Assembly: GCA_965219085.1 (NCBI GenBank)
Contig: OZ244720.1
Coordinates: forward strand, 1,792,001 to 1,856,000
Length of the DNA: 64,000 nucleotides
DNA from: Dehalococcoidia bacterium
GTDB lineage: Bacteria; Chloroflexota; Dehalococcoidia; UBA2979
Reading direction: 5' to 3'
Shown: positions 1 through 9,631 of the stretch, piece after piece
Numbering within the stretch: position 1 is the first letter of the stretch
Layout: each line of letters opens with the position of its first letter
Made by a program: the position numbers and the translations under genes
Notes under the pieces: model-generated
The model's input: only the letters and a program-made list of their open reading frames with translations
Databases searched by the model: none
What the model was told of the DNA's origin: nothing

Positions 1-68
1 CCGGAGGATCGGACCGAGCGGAGGCCCGGTGCTGCGCCGCGGCGCTTCCCGCCTCACGCGCCCGGTCG

Positions 69-1940
69 TCACCGTTCGAGGAAGGCCAACTCTTCCTCCA
101 CCAGCGAGACGACCAGATCGTCGAGCTGTTCCACGGTGTAGCGGCTGACGTTGTGGGGCGTCGCGCCTCCCGCGCCGTACACGATGAAGATGAAGCGGCC
201 CATCGTGTGCTGGGCGATCTGGCGGAAGACGTACTCGCCCTGCTGATCCAGCCCGCTGGAGGCGATGGAGAAGATCTTGATGCCCCGCCGGTGGGCTTCG
301 ATCATCTCGTCGGCGTAGCTGTAGTCATCCTCGTAGTCCAGGTGGGGCGGGGCGTCGGCGATCAGGAAGATCAGCCGTATCGCGTCCCCCTGCCGCCACT
401 CGGGCTGGTGCACGGCCACATGCAGGGCCTCGTTGAGGGACTCGGGGTAGTCCCCTCCCCCCTCCGCGACCACGCCTCGAATCGTGTCGAGGAAGCGTTG
501 CGCGTCCGGCTCGAAGTCGTACACGCGGGTCACGAACGCATCGCCGCGGTCACGGTAGGCGACCATCCCGAAGCGCAGGTCGGGTTGCGACGGCAGTGCA
601 TTGATCCGTGACGAGATGGAAAGCAGGGTGTCCTTCACCTGCTCGATCTCGTCGGCCATGCTGCCCGTCGCGTCGAGCAGGAACAGGATGTCGAGCGGCA
701 CGCCGCCGTCGGCGACGGACTGTTCCGCGTCGAGCGTGACGTTCCAATGCCGCTCCCCTCCGCGGGCGAACTCAAGCTGCCGGCTGGCCTCGTCCTGCTC
801 GACGTGCAGGGTGAAGGACTCGGCGCCCTCGCTGCCGGCGAAGGCCAGGGGGAAGAAGAGCGTCTGGCCGTTCGCGTACGTGCGACTCTCGAACAGCGCG
901 GTTTCACCCGCGGAGACCCGGACCCGGGCGTTGTGCACGGGCTGGCCGGCTGCGTCGGTGACCGTGATCACGTATCGCTCCGAGACATCCACGTCATGGA
1001 CAGGGGCGCCCGAGTACTGCCGTCGATACAGCAGGTACTCGTCCCAGAGCTCGTTGTCGTTGACCTCGCCGGCGGAGAGGGCGGGCCGTCTGCTCTCGCG
1101 CCCACCGTCCGAGCGCGCGGAGGACGAACTGGACTCCGCGTCGTCGGCGTCCTCGGCGGCCATGCCGTCGTAGTCCGCCTCGTCGCTGTCGCCGCCCACG
1201 CCGACGCCGACGTCCGTCGCTTCGTACTCGGCGTCGTCGCCGCCCTTGCCGGTGCCGTCGTCCATCGCGTCGTAGTCGGCGTCGTCACCGCCCATGCCAT
1301 CGCCCTCGTCCGGGGCGTCGTAGGCCGAGTCGGCCTCGGCTGCCGCCTCGCCCTCGGGCGCCAAGGAAGCGCTGGAACTGGATGTCGCAGCGGTCGTGTC
1401 CGCGCGCGCGGGCTCGGGCTCGGGCACGGGCTCGGGCGTGGCGCTGTGCTCGGGCACGACGGCGGGCACCGGCGTCGCGGTGGGTGTGGGGAGCGGCACG
1501 GACGTTGCGGTGGGGCGGGCAGGCACAGGGGTCGCGGTGGCAATGGGCTCGGGTGTGGCGGTCGGCCGAGCAGTCGCCGGGGTCGCGGTCGCCGTAGCGG
1601 TCGGCTCGGGTGTTGAGGTGGGTGTCGCGGCCGTCGGGGTGGCCGTGGTGGTTGGCCTTGGTGTCGCGGTGGCCGTAGCCGTAGCCGTAGCCGTAGCCGT
1701 CGGGGTCGCGGTCGCGGTCGCGGTCGCGGTCGCGGTCGCGGTCGGGGTCGCGGTTGCGGTGGCGGTTGCGGTCGCGGTTGCGGTGGCAGTGGGCGCTGGC
1801 GGCGACGTGGCCGCGGTTTCTGCCACGACGGGCGTTGGATCGGCGTCGCCGTCCCGCTCATCGGCGCCGAAGCACGCGACCGCCGTCAGCGTGAGGAGCG
1901 GGATCGCGACGATCCACGCGAACGTGCGCCAGGTTCGCAT
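69..1940 (-). CDS. VWA (von Willebrand A) domain lipoprotein with long Pro/Thr/Ala and Asp-rich linkers
   Basis: Signal peptide ending LTAVAC; (TA)n/PT repeats; C-terminal MIDAS-like LLDATGSM, GGGDYPES and IADAPPH motifs. Start placed at the ATG before the signal peptide. Confidence 0.8.
   Translation of the reverse strand: MRTWRTFAWIVAIPLLTLTAVACFGADERDGDADPTPVVAETAATSPPAPTATATATATATATATPTATATATATATATPTATATATATATATPRPTTTATPTAATPTSTPEPTATATATPATARPTATPEPIATATPVPARPTATSVPLPTPTATPVPAVVPEHSATPEPVPEPEPARADTTAATSSSSASLAPEGEAAAEADSAYDAPDEGDGMGGDDADYDAMDDGTGKGGDDAEYEATDVGVGVGGDSDEADYDGMAAEDADDAESSSSSARSDGGRESRRPALSAGEVNDNELWDEYLLYRRQYSGAPVHDVDVSERYVITVTDAAGQPVHNARVRVSAGETALFESRTYANGQTLFFPLAFAGSEGAESFTLHVEQDEASRQLEFARGGERHWNVTLDAEQSVADGGVPLDILFLLDATGSMADEIEQVKDTLLSISSRINALPSQPDLRFGMVAYRDRGDAFVTRVYDFEPDAQRFLDTIRGVVAEGGGDYPESLNEALHVAVHQPEWRQGDAIRLIFLIADAPPHLDYEDDYSYADEMIEAHRRGIKIFSIASSGLDQQGEYVFRQIAQHTMGRFIFIVYGAGGATPHNVSRYTVEQLDDLVVSLVEEELAFLER
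1660..1790. repeat. Hexamer tandem repeats (GCGGTC/GCCGTA) encoding a Thr-Ala linker
   Basis: Directly visible tandem hexamers inside the VWA gene. Confidence 0.85.
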
Positions 1941-2301
1941 CGGTAGTGGCACGTGCGACTCCTTCGCCGTGAGGGTAGCGTCCAAGCCGTCCCACTGAGA
2001 GATACGCGCTTCCCGCCGGGATCGTTCCACAACTGCCGATGCTCATCACGGGCGCTCGGGTGCGCTCTCCTTTGTGAAGGTCTCGACAAACTCTCTTACG
2101 GTGCTCGCCTCGATCCCCGTCGGGGTGATCTCGGCGGTGCGACAGGACACGGGGATTGGAGCGTGAACATGTTCGGTGACGCGCTGCGCGATGTCCGGAC
2201 CCGAGGCCGCGGGGAGCCGGCACGAACTAGACTGCGAGGCGGAAGCCGCCTCGGGCGACCCGGGTGACCGTGGTGTGCGACGGTGCGCACGGGGAGGAGC
2301 C

Positions 2302-3492
2302 ATGACGAACGAGAACGGCGGCCTGCCGCTCGAGGGCATCCGCGTCTGCGACTTCACGTGGATCGTCGCCGGACCGCAGGCGACACGCATCCTCGCCGAC
2401 ATGGGCGCCGACGTGATCAAGGTGGAGAACGAGGGCATCGCCGACGCGCTGCGCGCCGTCCCCGGCCTGCACAGCAACTTCCACCGCAACAAGCGCTCGA
2501 TCAACGTCAACATCCACCACCCCGACGGCCGCGAGGTCGTCGACCGCCTCATCCGCTGTTCTGACATCGTGATTGAGAACTTCAGCACCGGCACGCTCAC
2601 GCGCATGGGCTACCCGTACGAGCGGATCCAGGAGCTGAACCCCAACGTCATCTACCTTTCCCTCTCCGGCTACGGGCAGATCGGCCGCGACGCGATGTAC
2701 GGCACGTGGGGCCCGACGGCCCAGGGCGCCTCGGGTCTGACGGCGATGTCGAGCCTGCCCGGGCAGCCGCCCGCCGGCTGGGGCTACTCCTACCTCGACC
2801 ACACGGGCGGGTTCTACGGCGCGATCGCCGCGCTGATGGCGCTCTGGCGCCGCTCCCAGACCGGCGAGGGCCAGCACATCGACATGTCGCAGGTCGAGAC
2901 CGGCATGGTGCTCGCGGGCCTGCCGATGATCGACTCGCAGGTCAACGGCCGCCCGTACGAGGCGATCGGGAACCGCTCGCGGTGGCCCGCGGTCGCGCCG
3001 CACGGCATCTACCGCTGTGCCCGCGACGACCGCTGGATCGCCATCGCCGCCGAGGACGACGCGCAGTGGGCCGCGCTCTGCGCGGTGCTCGGCCTCGACG
3101 CCGCCGACGCGCGCTTCGCCACCGCTGAGGCGCGCCTCGACGCGCAGGACGATCTCGACGCCGCCATCGAGGCGGTGACGCGCGGCCGCAGCGCCGAGGA
3201 GCTCGCGGCACAACTCGTCGAACGCGGCGTCCCGGCGGGCGTCTGCCAGACCGCCGAGGACCGCCTCGAACACGACCCGCAGCTCGCCGACCGCGGCTTC
3301 TACCCGCGCGCCGACCACCCGTCGCTCGGCGAACACCGTTTCGAGGGGCTGCCGATGCGCTTCGACGGCGAGCGGCCGGGGGTGCGCGCCGCCGGGCCGG
3401 ACCTCGGCGGCGACCGCGAGAGCGTGCTGCGCGACCTGCTCGGCTTCACCGACGACGAGATCGCGCGGATGCTCGCAGAGGCGGCGATCTGA
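2302..3492 (+). CDS. CaiB/BaiF family (class III) CoA-transferase
   Basis: PLEGIRVCDFTW-AGP, GADVIKVE, RNKRS, ENF, YLD motifs; RBS GGAGGAG before the ATG at 2302. Confidence 0.92.
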   Translation: MTNENGGLPLEGIRVCDFTWIVAGPQATRILADMGADVIKVENEGIADALRAVPGLHSNFHRNKRSINVNIHHPDGREVVDRLIRCSDIVIENFSTGTLTRMGYPYERIQELNPNVIYLSLSGYGQIGRDAMYGTWGPTAQGASGLTAMSSLPGQPPAGWGYSYLDHTGGFYGAIAALMALWRRSQTGEGQHIDMSQVETGMVLAGLPMIDSQVNGRPYEAIGNRSRWPAVAPHGIYRCARDDRWIAIAAEDDAQWAALCAVLGLDAADARFATAEARLDAQDDLDAAIEAVTRGRSAEELAAQLVERGVPAGVCQTAEDRLEHDPQLADRGFYPRADHPSLGEHRFEGLPMRFDGERPGVRAAGPDLGGDRESVLRDLLGFTDDEIARMLAEAAI

Positions 3493-4775
3493 TGCCCGGC
3501 CCCATGACCGGCGTGCGCGTCGTCGAGGTGGGCGACCTCGGCGAGGTGGCGGGCAAGCTGCTCGCCGACGCGGGCGCCGACGTGATCCGCGTCGAGCCGC
3601 CACGGGGGGCGCGCACGCGCCACACCGGCCCGTTCGTCGACGACCGCGCGGACCCGAACGCCTCCCTGCGCTACGCCTACCTCAACACCAACAAGCGCGG
3701 CGTCACGCCCGACCTCGCCGCGCCCGGCGCTGCCGACGTGTGGCGCCGGCTCATCGAGACCGCCGACGTGGTCATCGACGCGGCGGGGCCGGGCGTGCTC
3801 GATGCCCTCGGCGTGGGGCACGAGGCGGCCGGGGACCTGGAGCGGCTCGTGTGGTGCTCGATCACGCCGTTCGGGCTGACGGGGCCGTGGCGCGACCGAC
3901 CCACGAACGACCTCGTGAGCATCGCGCTTGGCGGCATCGCGATGATGAACGGCTACGACGACCACGAGCTGCCGCCCGTGCGACCCGACGGCGAGCACTC
4001 GCTCGCGATGGGCGGTGAGTACGCATCGATGGGCATCATCGCCGCGCTGCTCGAACGCGAGCGCACGGGCCGCGGCACGCACCTCGACGTCTCGATTCAC
4101 GAATGCGTGGCCGGGACGACCGAGGGCGCGTTCTGGAACTGGGAGTACAACGGGGTCAACCCGGAGCGGAAGACCGGACGCCACGCCGGCACGGTCGAGG
4201 AGTGGCAGATGGCCTCCGACGAGGGCGGCTACGTCGTCGTCTTCGGCGGTGGCGTGCCGCGCTCGCGCAACTCGCTGCGCGCTCTGCTCGCCTGGATGGA
4301 CGAGCACGACGCCGCCGGCGACCTGCACGACCCCCGGTACGAGGAGCTGCTGACCACTTCGCCGCTCGAGGCGGGCGAGCTGCGGGCGGAGTTCGGCCAG
4401 ACGGTGATGGCGTTCCTGCGCTCGCGCCCGGTGGACGAGGTCTACCGGCGCGGGCAGGCGATCGACATGGCTTGGGCGCCGGTGCGCGCACCCGAGGACA
4501 ACCTCGACGACCCGCACTGGGCGGACCGCGAGTTCTTCGTCGAGGGCGAGGCGCCCGGCTTCGACGGCACGATCCGCTACCCGCGCGCCGGTTACAAGTT
4601 CACGCGCACGCCGGTCGAGATGCGCCGTCGCGCGCCGCTGCTCGGTGAGCACAACAGCGAGGTGTTCGAGGGCGAACTCGGCCTGAGCGCCGCCGAGGTC
4701 GCCGCCGTCACGGGCCTCGCGGGAGACCAGGGGGGCGGCCCAGCACCGATCGGCTGCCCGGGAGGATCACCATGA
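3492..4775 (+). CDS. CaiB/BaiF family CoA-transferase (likely non-catalytic partner subunit)
   Basis: GVRVVE, GADVIRVEPP, NTNKRG motifs; coupled to the upstream gene; no Asp at the position of YLD in the upstream paralog. Confidence 0.88.
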   Translation: MPGPMTGVRVVEVGDLGEVAGKLLADAGADVIRVEPPRGARTRHTGPFVDDRADPNASLRYAYLNTNKRGVTPDLAAPGAADVWRRLIETADVVIDAAGPGVLDALGVGHEAAGDLERLVWCSITPFGLTGPWRDRPTNDLVSIALGGIAMMNGYDDHELPPVRPDGEHSLAMGGEYASMGIIAALLERERTGRGTHLDVSIHECVAGTTEGAFWNWEYNGVNPERKTGRHAGTVEEWQMASDEGGYVVVFGGGVPRSRNSLRALLAWMDEHDAAGDLHDPRYEELLTTSPLEAGELRAEFGQTVMAFLRSRPVDEVYRRGQAIDMAWAPVRAPEDNLDDPHWADREFFVEGEAPGFDGTIRYPRAGYKFTRTPVEMRRRAPLLGEHNSEVFEGELGLSAAEVAAVTGLAGDQGGGPAPIGCPGGSP

Positions 4776-7393
4776 CCAAGCGGCCACTCGAGGGCGTACG
4801 CGTACTGGACTTCACGTGGGTGCGCGCCGGGCCGTGGGCCACGCGCTGGCTGTCCGTGATGGGCGCCGAGGTGATCAAGGTCGAATGGCCGGACCCGCGG
4901 CTCGCCTTCACGGGCCGCACGGGCAGCCTCGGCGACGCGAGCGCGGGCCCGAACTCGAACGGCCACTTCAACGACCAGAACGCCGAGAAGCTGAGCATCA
5001 CCATCAACGTGCGCAGCCCGAAGGGCCTGCAGATCATCAAGGACCTGCTGCGCTCGACGGACATCGTGATCGAGAACTTCAGCGCCGGCGTGCTGCGCGA
5101 CTGGGGCCTCTCCTTCGACGAGATGCGCGCGATCAAGCCCGACCTCATCTACGTCTCGATGGCCGGCTTCGGCCAGACGGGGCCGCACGCGCACTACACG
5201 ACGTTCGGACCCTCGGCGCAGGCGCTGTCTGGCCTGACGTTCCTGTCGGGGCTGCCCGACGCGCCGCCCGCCGGGTGGGGCTGGTCGTACATGGACGACA
5301 CCGGCGGCATGCACGGCGCGATTGCCGCGCTGACCGCGCTTCACCACAGGCGCGCCACCGGCGAGGGCCAGCACGTCGACCTCTCGCAGGTCGCGACCGG
5401 CATGACGCTGACCGGCCCGGCGCTCCTCGACCTCAGCGCCAACGGGCGGGGGTCGAGGCGATCCGGCTACCCGCCGGGCAACCGCACGCACTGGCCGGGC
5501 AGCGAGCTGCTCAACAACTACCGCGGCCGCCACGCAGCGCCGCACAACGCCTACCGCACCCTGGGCGATGGACACCACGACTGGGCCGTCATCGCCTGCT
5601 TCTCCGACGAGGAGTGGCGCACCCTCGTCGACGTCATGGGCTCGCCCGAGTGGGCGACCGCCCCGCAGTTCGACACGCTGCGGGGTCGCCTCGCGCACCA
5701 GCTCGAGATCGACGAGGGCATCGCCGCGTGGGCGGCGACCATCGAGAAGTACGAGCTGGCCGACCGCTGCCAGGCGGCAGGCGTGCGCGCCGCGCCGGTG
5801 CAGAGCAACCAGGACCGCGTCGAGCACGACCCGCAGCTGCGCCACCGGGGGATGTTCGAGCCGGTGCTGCATCCTGTCATCGGCGAGCACGCGATGCAGC
5901 AGGCGCCGTTCAAGCTCTCAGCGACGCCGGTGCCGGTGGAGACGGGGGGGCCGCTGCTCGGAGCGGACAACGTCCCGATCCTCGGCGGCATGCTCGGCAT
6001 GACGTGGGACGAGATCGCCGGCGGTTACGAGGACGGCACGCTCTGGCCCGCGGGCCAGCCGGTCGAGCGCTACCTGCTGGAGCCGCCGGCGCAGATGCCG
6101 CCACCGCACGTCGAGGATCCACTCCCACCGGTGACGGTCGAGCGTCGCCACTCCGGCGGCGCCCTCGGCGACCTGCGCGTGATCGAGATTGGGGGCGAGA
6201 TCGGCGAGTGGGCCGCGAAGCTCATGGCCGACCAGGGCGCCGACGTGATCAAGATCGAGCCTCCCCGCGGCTCAGCCGAGCGCGAGATCGGCCCGTTCTA
6301 CGAGGACGTGCCGGACGCCGAGCGCAGCCTCCACTTCTGGCACTACAACACCAGCAAGCGCGGTATCACCCTGGACGTGACGACCGAGGACGGCCGCGCC
6401 CTGTTCCGCCGCCTCGTCGCCAGCGCGGACGTGCTCATCGACTCGCTGCCGCTCGGCGAGCTCGACTCGCTCGGGCTCGGGTACGAGGCGCTGAGCGCCG
6501 GCAACCCGGGCCTCATCATGTGCTCGATCACGCCGTTCGGGCAGAGCGGGCCGTGGACCGGCTGGCGCACCTCGGACCTCATCCAGCTCGCCGTAGGCGG
6601 GCAGATGGGGGAGTGTGGCTACGACGAGGTGGACGTGCCCGGACGCCCGCCGATCGCGCCCGGCGGCGGCAACGCCTGGCACATCGGCAGTCACTACGCC
6701 TACATCGCGATCATGGGCGCGGTGTTCCACCGCGGCGTCACCGGCGAGGGCCAGTTCATCGACGCCTCCGTCCACGATGCCTGCGCGCTCACGACCGAGG
6801 GCGGCGTGACGGAGTGGATCTACGGTCGGACGGTGCGCCAGCGACAGACCGGCCGCCACGCGTCGTCGAGGCCCACGCCGCCCTCGCAGTACCGCTGCGC
6901 CGACGGCATCTACGTGAACACGCTGGCGTTCCCGCTGCTCATGAACCCGGCGGGCATCCGCCGCCTCGCCGAGTGGTTCGACGCGCACGGCCTCGCCGAC
7001 GACCTGCTCGACGACAAGTACGCCGACCCGGAGGTCATCGCGGCGAACGAGCAGCACGTGAAGGACGTGCTGCGCGAGTTCATCGCCTCGCAGCCCTCGG
7101 AGACCGTCTACCACGAGGGCCAGAACCGCGGCTTCTCGATGGGCCCGGTGCGCGCACCCGAGGAGGTGATGGCGGACCAGCACTTCCACGAGCGCGGCTT
7201 CTTCGTCGAGGTCGACCACCCCGACATCGGCCGCACGCTCACGTACCCGGGCGCGCAGGCCGTCTACGGCGCGTCGCCGTGGCGCATCCAGCGCCGCGCG
7301 CCGCACATCGGCGAGCACAACGCCGAGGTCTACGGCGACCTCGGCCTCTCCACGCTGGAGCTGGCGGCGCTGCGCGAGGGCGGGGTGCTGTAG
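4772..7393 (+). CDS. Two-domain fused CaiB/BaiF CoA-transferase
   Basis: Two tandem class III CoA-transferase domains (PLEGVRVLDF...; ALGDLRVIE...NTSKRG). Confidence 0.92.
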   Translation: MTKRPLEGVRVLDFTWVRAGPWATRWLSVMGAEVIKVEWPDPRLAFTGRTGSLGDASAGPNSNGHFNDQNAEKLSITINVRSPKGLQIIKDLLRSTDIVIENFSAGVLRDWGLSFDEMRAIKPDLIYVSMAGFGQTGPHAHYTTFGPSAQALSGLTFLSGLPDAPPAGWGWSYMDDTGGMHGAIAALTALHHRRATGEGQHVDLSQVATGMTLTGPALLDLSANGRGSRRSGYPPGNRTHWPGSELLNNYRGRHAAPHNAYRTLGDGHHDWAVIACFSDEEWRTLVDVMGSPEWATAPQFDTLRGRLAHQLEIDEGIAAWAATIEKYELADRCQAAGVRAAPVQSNQDRVEHDPQLRHRGMFEPVLHPVIGEHAMQQAPFKLSATPVPVETGGPLLGADNVPILGGMLGMTWDEIAGGYEDGTLWPAGQPVERYLLEPPAQMPPPHVEDPLPPVTVERRHSGGALGDLRVIEIGGEIGEWAAKLMADQGADVIKIEPPRGSAEREIGPFYEDVPDAERSLHFWHYNTSKRGITLDVTTEDGRALFRRLVASADVLIDSLPLGELDSLGLGYEALSAGNPGLIMCSITPFGQSGPWTGWRTSDLIQLAVGGQMGECGYDEVDVPGRPPIAPGGGNAWHIGSHYAYIAIMGAVFHRGVTGEGQFIDASVHDACALTTEGGVTEWIYGRTVRQRQTGRHASSRPTPPSQYRCADGIYVNTLAFPLLMNPAGIRRLAEWFDAHGLADDLLDDKYADPEVIAANEQHVKDVLREFIASQPSETVYHEGQNRGFSMGPVRAPEEVMADQHFHERGFFVEVDHPDIGRTLTYPGAQAVYGASPWRIQRRAPHIGEHNAEVYGDLGLSTLELAALREGGVL

Positions 7394-8050
7394 CAGGGTG
7401 CTGAAAAAGGCGCGGCCATCTGGCAGGATAGCGAAGGCGGCGGGGGCGTAGCCTGGGAGGCAGCCCCGTGCGAGGCGACGCTGAGCGTCAGACCAACATG
7501 TTGCTGGCGGTGACGCCGGACTCCTTCATCCCGGACGACCACCCGATCCGACGCATCAAGCCGATCGTCGATGCAGCGCTGCAGCGGCTCTCGCCGCTCT
7601 TCGGCACGATGTACGCAACGAGCGGGCGGCCCTCGATCCCGCCCGAGCACCTGCTCAAGGCGAGCCTGCTGATCGCGCTCTACTCGATCCGCAGCGAGCG
7701 CCAGTTCTGCGAGCGGCTGCGCTACGACCTGCTCTTCAAGTGGTTCTTGGACCTCAACATCTCAGACGCGCCGTTCGACGCCTCGAGCTTCTCGAAGAAC
7801 CGCGAGCGCCTGCTCGCAGCCGATGTCGCGCGCGCCTTCTTCGCCGAGGTGGTGGCCGAGGCAAAGCGCCGCCGGCTGCTCTCGGCCGAGCACTTCACGG
7901 TGGACGGGACGCTGCTCGAGGCGTGGGCGTCGCTCAAGAGATGGCATGAGGGCCGGTCTCTTCCTCAAGGGGGATACTCGCCCCCGAAACAGCGGCCTCG
8001 ATGGGCCAGAACGGCTCTTTGCGGAGCTTTGACGAGGTAGGAGACCGGCC

Positions 8051-9139
8051 GTGCAGCAGGATACCGCAACGACGTGGAGCATTGAGGGCAAGGAAGGGTC
8101 AGGGGTCACCATCGGCCTCGACGTGGGCGACCGCTACACCCACGTCCACGCCCTCGGCGCCGGCGGGGAGGTGGTACGTGAGAGGCGCGTCCGCACCACG
8201 ACGGCAGCGCTGGGCATGGTGCTGACCGGCCTCCCCCCATCGCGGGTCGTGATCGAGGCGGGGCCGCGCTCGCCGTGGCTGAGCCGCCTCATGGCGGACC
8301 TCGGCCACGAGGTGGTCGTCGCCAACCCGCGCCAGGTCGCGCTGATCGCCGGCAGCCAGCGCAAGACCGACCGGCTCGACGCCGAGTGGCTGGCGCGGCT
8401 GGGGCGCTTCGACCCCCAGTTGCTCGCCCCGATCCGCCACCGCAGCGAGGCGAGCCAGCACGACCTCGCCGTGGTGCGCGCCCGCGACGCGCTGGTGCGC
8501 TCGCGGACGCTGCTCATCAACCACGTGCGCGGGGCCGTCAAGGCCTGCGGAGCCGCGTTGCCGTCGTGCACGGCCGAGGCGTTCCACCGCAAGACGGCGG
8601 ACCACATCCCCGACGGGCTGCGCCCGGCGCTGCTGCCGCTGGTGGAGGCGATCGGCGAGCTGACCGCGCGCATCGCGGCGGCCGGCCGCGAGATCGAGGC
8701 GTTGTGCGAGGCTCACTCCGAGACCGCGGCGCTGCGCCAGGTCACGGGCGTCGGGCCGATCACCGCGCTCACGTTCGTGCTGACGATCGAGGATCCTGGG
8801 CGCTTCCCGAAGAACCGCGAGGTCGGCGCCTACCTCGGGCTCGTGCCGAGGCAGCGCGACTCGGGCGAGCGCACGCCGCAACTCGGCATCGGCAAGAGCG
8901 GCGATCCGCACCTGCGGCGGCTGCTGGTGCAGGCCGCGCACTACATCCTCGGCCCCTTCGGGCCCGACACCGACCTGCGCCGCTGGGGTGAGCGCTACAC
9001 CGCTACGGGGGCCGGTAACGCGAAGAAGCGCGCCGTCGTGGGCGTCGCGAGGCGGCTGGCGGTGCTGCTGCTCGCGCTGTGGAAGACCGGCGAGGTCTAC
9101 GAGCCGTTGCGCGACGCCGCGGCGCAGGAGGCCGCGTAG
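8051..9139 (+). CDS. IS110/IS1111-family DEDD recombinase (transposase)
   Basis: IGLDVG, VIEAG, KTDRLDA (DEDD), GVGPIT, AYLGLVP..RDSG. Confidence 0.93.
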   Translation: MQQDTATTWSIEGKEGSGVTIGLDVGDRYTHVHALGAGGEVVRERRVRTTTAALGMVLTGLPPSRVVIEAGPRSPWLSRLMADLGHEVVVANPRQVALIAGSQRKTDRLDAEWLARLGRFDPQLLAPIRHRSEASQHDLAVVRARDALVRSRTLLINHVRGAVKACGAALPSCTAEAFHRKTADHIPDGLRPALLPLVEAIGELTARIAAAGREIEALCEAHSETAALRQVTGVGPITALTFVLTIEDPGRFPKNREVGAYLGLVPRQRDSGERTPQLGIGKSGDPHLRRLLVQAAHYILGPFGPDTDLRRWGERYTATGAGNAKKRAVVGVARRLAVLLLALWKTGEVYEPLRDAAAQEAA

Positions 9140-9199
9140 CAAGGCGCGGCGCCGAAGCAACCGACCAGGAGAGCGAGACTGAGACGGACCTGGGAGGAG

Positions 9200-9400
9200 G
9201 CCCAGCAAACCAACCACTGCACGTGATGCCGGGCAACGGGCGACTGCGAGGCGGTAGCGGTCCAACAAGGACGTTCAAGAGTTGGCAGCGCCCCCTGGAA
9301 GCAGGATGTGCCTTCATGCACCGGGCCCGATACGTGGCCCATCAAAGAGTGCGGATAGAAGCTCGGCACAGGCTCCGTCAGGGGACATCACGAGCGGATC
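9200..9400 (+). ncRNA. Putative seekRNA/bridge RNA of the IS1111-type element (ends approximate)
   Basis: 9250-9258 GGCGGTAGC is the reverse complement of the right target flank; 9272-9281 CGTTCAAGAG matches the left flank CGCTCAAGAG; 9355-9361 ATAGAAG matches the element end. Confidence 0.72.
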
Positions 9401-9631
9401 GGCCCCGATGTCGAGGAGCGCCACGCCCCGAGGAGGAGGCCGCCACGTCGGCCTTGCAGAAAGACCGTCCCTCATAGAAGCTACCGCCCGCGCGACGAGC
9501 AGGAGCCACCCCTGGGCGGACGCAACCCGGATGTCGACTTCCGCGGGCGGCGGCGCAGCCGCGATACGCATAGTTCCGGCACGGACCCGGAGGCGCGGCT
9601 GTACACGAAGACACCCCAGGACGCTAAGGGG

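Larger units (their letters stand above)
7939..9480 (+). mobile_element. IS110-family element, IS1111 group
   Basis: AG core at both ends (7939-40, 9479-80); subterminal IRs ATGAGGGCCGGTCT / AGACCGTCCCTCAT; long non-coding region downstream of the transposase. Confidence 0.9.
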
